From positions 9,563 through 73,562 of the forward strand of contig JABIBT010000001.1 in assembly GCA_018652625.1 (NCBI GenBank): 64,000 nucleotides of DNA, written 5' to 3'. Of the stretch, positions 9,642-16,518 are shown in pieces. Numbering within the stretch: the stretch's first letter is position 1; the number at the start of each line of letters is the position of its first letter. The DNA comes from Candidatus Woesearchaeota archaeon (lineage in GTDB: Archaea; Nanobdellota; Nanobdellia; SCGC-AAA011-G17; PNOQ01). The translations under genes and the position numbers were made by a program. The notes beneath the pieces are model-generated. The model was not told the origin of the DNA and ran no database searches. It worked only from the letters and a program-made list of their open reading frames with translations.

Positions 9642-10420
9642 ATCTAAATACAAAAAATATAAACACATGGTGTCCAGGATGCCCAAATAACTTAATTTTA
9701 GAATCTACTAAACAAGCCATAAAATCACTAATCAAAGAAGGATATAAACATAAAAATTTTGCAATGGTCGCAGGAATAGGTTGCCATGCAAAAATATTCG
9801 ATTATATTAATTTAAGTGGAATTTACACATTACACGGAAGAGTTATACCTACGATGTTAGGAATAAATGTAGGAAACCCAAAATTAAATGTAATAGGATT
9901 CGCAGGAGATGGAGATACTTATTCAGAAGGTCTTGCTCATTTTATTAGTGCAGGCAGATATAACGCAAATACTACTTTAATAGTTCATAATAATCAATCA
10001 TTTTCATTAACAACCGGTCAAGTAACTCCTACTTCACAACATGGATTCACAGCAAAATCTGAGCCATTTGGGAACAAAAATAAGCCATTAAACCCAATAA
10101 GATTGGCATTATCTTCAGGAGCTACGTTCGTAGCTAGATGTAACGCAAATGATCTAAAACACACAGCAAGTATCATAAAACAAGCAATAAAACACAAAGG
10201 TTTTTCATTTGTAGATATAATTCAAAACTGTTTAATCTTCAACTTAGATATGAATAAATTAGACAAGCACATGTACAAAATAAGCAATAAAAACAACATA
10301 AAAAAAGCTTTTGAATTAGCAGATAAGTGGGATTATAATTCCAATAAAGGAAAGATACCGGTTGGAATCTTCTATAAAGAAAAAAGAAAAACTTTAGATG
10401 AGAACTTAAAAAGTGGATAA
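9638..10420 (+). CDS. 2-oxoacid:ferredoxin oxidoreductase, beta (TPP-binding) subunit
   Basis: WCPGCPNN cluster motif and GDGDTYSEG TPP motif. ATGA overlap with the alpha gene. Confidence 0.9.
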   Translation: MNLNTKNINTWCPGCPNNLILESTKQAIKSLIKEGYKHKNFAMVAGIGCHAKIFDYINLSGIYTLHGRVIPTMLGINVGNPKLNVIGFAGDGDTYSEGLAHFISAGRYNANTTLIVHNNQSFSLTTGQVTPTSQHGFTAKSEPFGNKNKPLNPIRLALSSGATFVARCNANDLKHTASIIKQAIKHKGFSFVDIIQNCLIFNLDMNKLDKHMYKISNKNNIKKAFELADKWDYNSNKGKIPVGIFYKEKRKTLDENLKSG

Positions 10421-11249
10421 AAACAATATTCCAAAGATTGAAAAAGAACTTAAGAAAAAAACAAAGATGGTAGCACTAGTCGCTCCAAGTTTTATAACAG
10501 ATTTTGATTATCCTTCTATTTTAACACAATTAAAAAAATTAGGTTTTGATAAATCAGTAGAGTTGACCTTCGGAGCAAAGATGGTTAATCGAGAGTATCA
10601 CAAACAACTAAAAAATTCTAAAAAGTTGTTAATAGCTTCAACATGCCCGGGGATTGTAGAAACCATAAAATTGAGATATCCAAAATATGTAAAGAATTTA
10701 GCAAAAATAGATAGCCCAATGATAGCAACAGGAAAAATTTGTAGAAAAATATATCCAAAACACAAAACAGTTTTCTTATCTCCTTGTGACTATAAAAAAT
10801 TAGAAGCTCAAAAATCAAAGCATATAGATTATGTAATAGATTATGAACAACTTGGAGAGCTATTCAAGAAACATAAAATAAAAAAGAGCAAAGATAAAAA
10901 ACTCTTTGATAAGTTCTACAATGATTATACAAAAATATATCCGTTAGAAGGAGGATTGGCAAAAACAGCACATTTGAAAGGGATCATAAGAAAAGATGAA
11001 ATAAAAAGCATCTCGGGGATAAAAAAAGTCATGAAATTTTTAGATAACCCAGACCCAAAAATAAGATTTTTAGACGTACTTTTCTGCGTAGGCGGATGTA
11101 TAGGTGGACCTAAAACAACAAAAAAATTAACAATAGCTCAAAAAAAGAAAAAAGTTTTAAGTTATCTAGAGAAATCCAAGAAAGAAGACATTCCTAAAGG
11201 AAAAAAAGGCACATTAGAAAAAGCAAAAGGAATCAAATTTACATATTAA
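10413..11249 (+). CDS. [FeFe]-hydrogenase H-domain-like protein (Fe_hyd_lg_C type), very short
   Basis: 278 aa. H-cluster-like motifs ASTCPG (L1-like, Cys78), LSPCDYKKLEA (L2-like, Cys125) and DVLFCVGGCIGGP (L3-like, Cys225/229), plus DSPMIATGK and LEGGLAKTA. GTG start overlaps the beta-subunit stop by 8 nt. Confidence 0.6.
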   Translation: MDKNNIPKIEKELKKKTKMVALVAPSFITDFDYPSILTQLKKLGFDKSVELTFGAKMVNREYHKQLKNSKKLLIASTCPGIVETIKLRYPKYVKNLAKIDSPMIATGKICRKIYPKHKTVFLSPCDYKKLEAQKSKHIDYVIDYEQLGELFKKHKIKKSKDKKLFDKFYNDYTKIYPLEGGLAKTAHLKGIIRKDEIKSISGIKKVMKFLDNPDPKIRFLDVLFCVGGCIGGPKTTKKLTIAQKKKKVLSYLEKSKKEDIPKGKKGTLEKAKGIKFTY

Positions 11250-12121
11250 CCAGTTATAATAAATATAGCACCAAGAATCAGTACTGCAGTTGCCAAAACT
11301 CTTCTCAAAAGACTATGATCATTAAACAAACTTCCTCCAATTAGCACAGCAAAAAACACAGAAACTCTCTTTAATGACAATACAAGAGCAACTGAAGCAG
11401 CCTTAACCGCTTCTATCTGAGCATATCTATAAGTAATTGTCAAAAACGCCAATGGAAGTATCCATTTCCAAGAATTTTTTAGAGGCTTAGCTACCTCTTT
11501 AATTTTCCCACTAAATAAAACAATTGCAATAAATACTATGGCCAAAAATAAATGTTGAAAACCCATAAATGCAAAAACTGGAAGTTTAAAATTCTTAAGC
11601 AATGCTTTATCAAGAATAGACGTTATTGTAAATAAAACCAACGCTCCAATAATATATTTATGTCCTTTTGACTTCAAAAAAATTCTGAAAGGATCTAAGA
11701 ATTTTTGATTTAATTTAAGTTGTAGAATATATGTTCCTCCTAACAATAAAAGCATCCCAATTAACTCAATTCCACTCAACACTTCCTTTAAGAAAATAAA
11801 TGCAAAGAAAGCAACAAAACCCGGAGTTAAAACGAGCAAAGGCAAGGCATTACTTATTTCTAAATTTTTAATACCCAGCATTACACAAAGAAATGCAAAG
11901 GCTCCGAGAATCGATTTAAAAAATAAAACAAGTAAACTAATTGAAGAAACACTAGACATATCAATGAAAAAGAAAAAAGGAATAGCTAAAACTAAATTAA
12001 ATATTGCCAAAGCAGTAGAAAACGCTAAAGCTTTTTCTTTGAACAATACTTTTTTTTCAAAGATTGCAGCACTAGCTGAAAATAATGCAGAAACTAAAGC
12101 AAGTACATACCATTCAATCAT
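11246..12121 (-). CDS. DMT/EamA-family transporter
   Basis: 291 aa with about 10 hydrophobic helices in two similar halves, the typical EamA topology. Confidence 0.7.
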   Translation of the reverse strand: MIEWYVLALVSALFSASAAIFEKKVLFKEKALAFSTALAIFNLVLAIPFFFFIDMSSVSSISLLVLFFKSILGAFAFLCVMLGIKNLEISNALPLLVLTPGFVAFFAFIFLKEVLSGIELIGMLLLLGGTYILQLKLNQKFLDPFRIFLKSKGHKYIIGALVLFTITSILDKALLKNFKLPVFAFMGFQHLFLAIVFIAIVLFSGKIKEVAKPLKNSWKWILPLAFLTITYRYAQIEAVKAASVALVLSLKRVSVFFAVLIGGSLFNDHSLLRRVLATAVLILGAIFIITG

Positions 12122-12297
12122 TTTATTTTTATTGCATTAGTAGGACAACTATCTTTCGCTTTTTTATTACACCCAACAGTTTTCGGATTTGGATTTTTTA
12201 CCCTTGCTTTACCTTCAATTAATTCAAAATTATCACATAAAGCAACACAAGATCCACAACCAATACACTTCTTTTTATCAACACTAACTTTTACCAT
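12118..12297 (-). CDS. Small single-cluster [4Fe-4S]/[3Fe-4S] ferredoxin (59 aa), not in ORF track
   Basis: Own translation: MVKVSVDKKKCIGCGSCVALCDNFELIEGKARVKNPNPKTVGCNKKAKDSCPTNAIKIK. The Cys pattern C11-x2-C14-x2-C17-x3-C21...C43...C51-P matches Pyrococcus-type ferredoxin. Its TGA overlaps the EamA ATG (ATGA). Confidence 0.7.
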   Translation of the reverse strand: MVKVSVDKKKCIGCGSCVALCDNFELIEGKARVKNPNPKTVGCNKKAKDSCPTNAIKIK

Positions 12298-12335
12298 AGA
12301 TTATTCTATTAATTTTTATTTAAAAAACTTGTTAA

Positions 12336-12590
12336 TTAAATCTTATTATAAATATTTTTTCTATGTCCAATTCTCAATACAATAATTTTATTTCCTTTTA
12401 CAATAACATCAATAATTGATCTATAATCACCAGTTCTTAGTCTCCATAATTTCTTACCTTGAAGTCTTTTTATATGACTAAATGGGTTATGTCTTATACT
12501 ATAAATTTTTCTCAATATATCTCTTTTAATATTAGAATTTAATTTTTTTAAATCTTTCAGGGCCCTTCTAGAAATACTAATAGTGTACAT
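12336..12590 (-). CDS. relE: RelE/ParE-family toxin
   Basis: 84 aa with the ...LWRLRTGDYRSI..V....I.VLRIGHRKNIY pattern. Starts 1 nt after the antitoxin stop. Confidence 0.8.
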   Translation of the reverse strand: MYTISISRRALKDLKKLNSNIKRDILRKIYSIRHNPFSHIKRLQGKKLWRLRTGDYRSIIDVIVKGNKIIVLRIGHRKNIYNKI

Positions 12591-12591
12591 T

Positions 12592-12825
12592 TTATTTTAG
12601 ATCTATCCCAAATTCATTAGCAACTTCCTCGATTGAGTAGACTCTCCCAGCCCTTACATCTTCTAAACCTTCTTTAATCTCCTCAATTTCTTTTTCAGTA
12701 AGAATTTCTGCTCCAGTTTCATCAATCATATTATTGATTAATTCATCATAACTAACTCTAGAAGATGTTTTTAAGTCTTTCAACCTTTCTAATGTAGTAT
12801 CCTTTATTTGTATAGTTGTATTCAT
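12592..12825 (-). CDS. Antitoxin (RHH-like N-terminus) partnered with RelE
   Basis: Small acidic protein directly upstream of relE. I prefer the ATG at 12823-12825 over the GTG at 12832-12834 used by the track. N-terminal TIQIKDTTLERLK fits a beta-strand DNA-binding start. Confidence 0.65.
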   Translation of the reverse strand: MNTTIQIKDTTLERLKDLKTSSRVSYDELINNMIDETGAEILTEKEIEEIKEGLEDVRAGRVYSIEEVANEFGIDLK

Positions 12826-12832
12826 GTTATAC

Positions 12833-12854
12833 ACTACTATATAACTACTATATA
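12833..12854 (-). promoter_or_regulatory. Tandem 11-nt repeat (ACTACTATATA x2) overlapping TATA-like sequence upstream of the antitoxin
   Basis: The plus strand reads actactatata actactatata at 12833-12843 and 12844-12854, 8 nt upstream of the ATG. The distal TATA lies about 26 nt from the ATG, compatible with a leaderless transcript and an autoregulatory operator. Confidence 0.45.
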
Positions 12855-12982
12855 AGTGTTTCTAAAAAGTTTTGAAAGACGTTGTAGTGTCCCTTTTTCA
12901 TCTTTAGCTTAACGCATAAATCAGAGGGTGTTGGCCATACGTCCAAATGATAAATATATAAACTAATTTAAAAATCTTTTCT

Positions 12983-13339
12983 TTATTCACTATTTCTAAA
13001 AAAAATGGAATATCTTCCTTCCCCAGTATTTCCCGATATATAAAATCCGCCATGTCTTTTTCTTAATAACCCAGTAATTTTTTGACCTTCTTGTAAATCA
13101 AAACTGAATCTAGATACTCCCTCGGGATATAAAACAATAGTATCCAATGAAAGATGGGGAAAATGTTCAAATGACCCTCTAAAAGAATCATCTTTCCCCA
13201 TATATGATAAAATTTTTACACTTTCAAATATATTTTTTAATCTACTTCTATCATGCGACGTTACTCTTATTTCATCATGCATCTCATCCTGTTTAGTAAG
13301 TAATGCAATGGCCACGTAATCTGATAATGTTGAAGTCAT
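12983..13339 (-). CDS. Hypothetical protein
   Basis: 118-aa ORF; no recognisable family. Confidence 0.45.
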   Translation of the reverse strand: MTSTLSDYVAIALLTKQDEMHDEIRVTSHDRSRLKNIFESVKILSYMGKDDSFRGSFEHFPHLSLDTIVLYPEGVSRFSFDLQEGQKITGLLRKRHGGFYISGNTGEGRYSIFFRNSE

Positions 13340-13409
13340 ACTATGGAGAAATATGACTTATTTATAAAATTAACTAAATCTTTAAAAGAATAGAGATACT
13401 CCAAAAAAT

Positions 13410-13598
13410 ATGGCAAAAAAATCTTTGGAAGATCGGATAAACAAACCAGGAAGCGCTTACGATTTAACACGTAGAAGGGGCCCTTCCCCATGCATCAAAC
13501 CAAAACTAAATTATCCTGGTAGCGCCTACGATTTAACTCTAAACATAAGACTAAGAAGATATCAGGAAGGTCTTAAAAGGAGATACGGAAAAAAATGA
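13410..13598 (+). CDS. Small basic protein with duplicated PGSAYDLT motif
   Basis: 62 aa. Two copies of PGSAYDLT whose DNA differs at four positions, all synonymous third-codon positions. This supports real coding. Confidence 0.55.
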   Translation: MAKKSLEDRINKPGSAYDLTRRRGPSPCIKPKLNYPGSAYDLTLNIRLRRYQEGLKRRYGKK

Positions 13599-13873
13599 AA
13601 GTAGAACTATATTCAAATGAAATGTACAGGGGATTAGCAGAAGCGGTTACTCCAGAACAAATATTCGCAATTGGAAATGCTTTGACAGATTATTCAATTC
13701 TAGAAATTAGAGAAAGGTACGAAAGTCTAACAAAAAAAATTGAATCTTTAGATCTAATGACTCCTTTAAACCCAAAAGAAATTGCAAAATCAGCATTAAT
13801 TTTAATGCTTGCAGAAAGTAAAGGGATAGAAGAAGCAAAAATCGAAAAAAAATTAATAGAAGGTCAATTTTAA
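13595..13873 (+). CDS. Hypothetical protein
   Basis: 92-aa ORF with an ATGA overlap to the preceding small ORF. Confidence 0.5.
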   Translation: MKVELYSNEMYRGLAEAVTPEQIFAIGNALTDYSILEIRERYESLTKKIESLDLMTPLNPKEIAKSALILMLAESKGIEEAKIEKKLIEGQF

Positions 13874-13880
13874 TAAAAAA

Positions 13881-13963
13881 CGCCGGGACTGGGATTTGAA
13901 CCCAGATGCCCCGAAGGGCCAGGCTTTCCAGGCCTGTGCAATACCAGATTATGCGATCCCGGC
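13881..13963 (-). tRNA. tRNA-Ser (anticodon GGA)
   Basis: Hand fold of the minus strand: acceptor GCCGGGA/TCCCGGC, anticodon arm CAGGC-CTGGAAA-GCCTG, long variable arm (class II), T arm CTGGG-TTCAAAT-CCCAG, discriminator G. Followed by an oligo-T tract. Confidence 0.9.
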
Positions 13964-14015
13964 AACTAACTAAAAGAACAAATTCAATCTTTTTTAAACT
14001 TTACTAAAGAAATAA

Positions 14016-14324
14016 TTACTCTTGAATCTCAATCTCTATATTAACTCCCTCAGGAATTGGCACTCTCATAATTAATCTCAATGCACGCTCATCTAAACCC
14101 AACTCAATAAGTCTCTTATGGATTCTCATTTCATACTTTTCCCAGGAAGCTTTACCCTCGCCATCAGGGCTTTTTCTAGTAGTTAACTTCATCTTCTTAG
14201 TAGGTAATGGAATTGGTCCAGAAACCTTTGTTTTGGTTTTCTTAGCAATATCAACAATACTATCACAAATTGTATTCATTTTATCAATATCTGGACATGC
14301 CAAGTTTATCTTTGCTTTCTGCAT
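14016..14324 (-). CDS. rps10: 30S ribosomal protein S10 (uS10)
   Basis: 102 aa. KARINL-type N-terminus, GPIPLPTKK, HKRLIEL. Confidence 0.9.
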   Translation of the reverse strand: MQKAKINLACPDIDKMNTICDSIVDIAKKTKTKVSGPIPLPTKKMKLTTRKSPDGEGKASWEKYEMRIHKRLIELGLDERALRLIMRVPIPEGVNIEIEIQE

Positions 14325-14356
14325 TTTATATTAGGCAAAATTAGTTATTTATAAAA

Positions 14357-14782
14357 CTATCTCTTAGTAATTATTATATTTTGGTTAGAAATTAGAAGGT
14401 CCCCATAATAAACATTAATTTCAATATCTTTAGCATAACCATCTTCAAATCCAAATTCGCTCAAAGGAAGATAATAAGTTTGATTTCCAGTATATCCCAT
14501 GCCTTCAAACGATAAACTCTCTATTTTTCCTTCAACTAATTCAAATTCTTCACCAGTTTTTTCAATAAACTCTTTAATTGTAAGCCTAGAAGATACATTC
14601 TCTATACTCACTTCCAATTCAGCATTTTCTGGTAAAACAAGATCTTTAAATGTATTTAATTGAATCATTACTTCATCATTTTCAAATACTGCTAATCCTG
14701 TAAATTCTGGATCAATAAGCAATATAGATAAGATTAATAGAACACTAATGACTGGAACTATGTACGGTGTGAATTTTTTCAT
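14357..14782 (-). CDS. Hypothetical N-terminally anchored protein
   Basis: 141 aa. A single N-terminal TM helix, then a beta-rich-looking domain. Confidence 0.5.
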   Translation of the reverse strand: MKKFTPYIVPVISVLLILSILLIDPEFTGLAVFENDEVMIQLNTFKDLVLPENAELEVSIENVSSRLTIKEFIEKTGEEFELVEGKIESLSFEGMGYTGNQTYYLPLSEFGFEDGYAKDIEINVYYGDLLISNQNIIITKR

Positions 14783-14814
14783 AAAATAACAGAAACTTTA
14801 GACTTTATAAAATA

Positions 14815-15987
14815 TTATCCTATAACTAGATTTAATTTTATTGCTTCATTCTTTATTGAAGTCATTATCACTTCTTTATTTGCTTCAAATCTTTCATATT
14901 TTTTTTGTTCTTTAGTTTTTTCATCATTTAAGTTATTAATTTGCAGTTTTGTGTCATCTAGTTGGGAAAAAAGAACTCCGGTTTCATTCTCTTTGATTGT
15001 TTCTTTATTTATATTTATTTTTTCTTTCTCATCAGCTATTTGTTCCATTTTAACAGATATAGCAGCACTATCCAACTTAGCTTCATTAAGTAACTTTAGA
15101 ATATCCTCCCCATTACTTTTTTGAAAGTTTGTTTGAAAATCTTCTTTATGGGATTTAACTATATTCATTTTTTCTTCATTAGTATGGAAAATATTACCTA
15201 GGGCTTTAAAATCAACCATATCTTTAAGTTTGTAAGACTCGTTTTCTAATTCATCTTCAGACAATTTAATTTCTTCTTGTTTCTTTAAATTTTCAATATA
15301 ACTCTCACTTTTTTTTATTTCTTCAATTTCATTTAAAACACTTTTATCACTTTCTTCAACTTTTTTTATTTTACTATCTAATAATTCAATTTTTTTATTA
15401 ACATTATCAATAGTATCTTTAGTTTCATTATATCTGATTAAATCTAGTTTAATACTAGAAATTGCTTTTGAAGAGTCTATAATCTCTTTATTTTCATCAA
15501 ATAAGTCTGTTTGATACTTAGAAAAGTTATTTATGTGTGACTTTATGTTTGCAATTTCATCCCCAATTAAAAGGGTTACTTTTTGATACATTACATGTGT
15601 TTTATCATTAAAATCCAAAAATATCTTATTTGTTTTTTCAACAAACTCTTCAAAGTTATCTTCTTTTTTATTATTTATGTCCTCTAAAAGTCTGCTTATC
15701 CTAAGAATGTAGTAACCAAGGTTTTCTTTAACAATTAGGTATATTTTATCTTCAGTATTTTTTAATGAATTTCCTTTGTTTTCTAGGGTTATTATTTTTT
15801 TGTTTAGTTCTTCAATAAATTCTGGCGTTTTATTTTCAATTAAACTAAAAATTTCTTTTTCTTTTTCTTTGATTTCACTTCTTTTTTTGTTTAGAAAGTT
15901 TTCTAATTCATCAAAAGGAATTTTTTTTATTTCCTCCTCTACTTCTTCTACTTTCTTCTTTTTTTTAAAAAAATTAATTAATCCCAT
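14815..15987 (-). CDS. Long coiled-coil protein
   Basis: 390 aa, K/E/N/I-rich with heptad-like character throughout. No enzymatic motif. Confidence 0.55.
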   Translation of the reverse strand: MGLINFFKKKKKVEEVEEEIKKIPFDELENFLNKKRSEIKEKEKEIFSLIENKTPEFIEELNKKIITLENKGNSLKNTEDKIYLIVKENLGYYILRISRLLEDINNKKEDNFEEFVEKTNKIFLDFNDKTHVMYQKVTLLIGDEIANIKSHINNFSKYQTDLFDENKEIIDSSKAISSIKLDLIRYNETKDTIDNVNKKIELLDSKIKKVEESDKSVLNEIEEIKKSESYIENLKKQEEIKLSEDELENESYKLKDMVDFKALGNIFHTNEEKMNIVKSHKEDFQTNFQKSNGEDILKLLNEAKLDSAAISVKMEQIADEKEKININKETIKENETGVLFSQLDDTKLQINNLNDEKTKEQKKYERFEANKEVIMTSIKNEAIKLNLVIG

Positions 15988-16023
15988 TAGAAAATAGAAA
16001 TAAGTGTGGTTTATAAATGTATT

Positions 16024-16068
16024 TTAATAAGAAAATAAAAAAAGAAAGGATTATTCCTTCTTAACTAA
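16024..16068. repeat. Direct repeat copy 1 (about 45 bp), homologous to the tuf 3' end and terminator region
   Basis: ttaataagaaaataaaaaaagaaaggattattccttcttaactaa, compared with 16476-16518. They share exact blocks aaaaagaaaggatta and tccttcttaa. It contains the hairpin AAGAAGGA/TCCTT(T)CTT. Confidence 0.6.
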
Positions 16069-16087
16069 AAATGATTGAATCCTAACT

Positions 16088-16438
16088 TTATCCAAGGAGA
16101 ACATTAATAGTGGCTCTGCCAACCACGGATGATGAATAAAAAACAATACCTAAAATAAAGATTATAATTGAAGCAATTATAAACATCAGTATATTATTTT
16201 TTGCCCTGATAGCGAAAAGGATTAAATTCACAACTGCTAAAATAAAGACCATAAACCCTAAAACTATAAACATAATAATTTGTCCAACACCAGAGTATGG
16301 AAGTAGCACTCCCGGATCCTTAATAACTCCAATTATAAGGAATACTGCTAACGGCCCCCACGATATTAGGTTTGCTAGAATTAATAAAGGGAAAAATAAT
16401 TTTTTTGAAATGGAATTATGTTTTTTTGTTATTGACAT
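16088..16438 (-). CDS. Small integral membrane protein
   Basis: 116 aa with three to four hydrophobic helices. Confidence 0.55.
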   Translation of the reverse strand: MSITKKHNSISKKLFFPLLILANLISWGPLAVFLIIGVIKDPGVLLPYSGVGQIIMFIVLGFMVFILAVVNLILFAIRAKNNILMFIIASIIIFILGIVFYSSSVVGRATINVLLG

Positions 16439-16475
16439 ATCTTTATCAATTCTTTATAACATAAAAACCTTTCTA

Positions 16476-16518
16476 TTAATAAAATAAGAAAAAGAAAGGA
16501 TTACTCCTTCTTAATTAA
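16476..16518. repeat. Direct repeat copy 2, overlapping the last codons (..KKE stop) of tuf
   Basis: ttaataaaataagaaaaagaaaggattactccttcttaattaa. Two substitutions and two short indels relative to copy 1. Confidence 0.6.

Noticed and set aside
13440-13540. Locally GC-richer stretch suspected to be a structured RNA or split-tRNA half
   Set aside because: The two repeated 24-nt units differ only at synonymous codon positions of the 62-aa ORF. No cloverleaf or T-loop consensus is present. Protein coding explains it better.
12835-13963. Integrated element using tRNA-Ser as attachment site (toxin-antitoxin pair and ORFans next to the tRNA)
   Set aside because: I looked for a second copy of the tRNA-Ser 3' half (cgccgggactgggatttgaaccc) in the flanking 2 kb and found none. 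No integrase is present.
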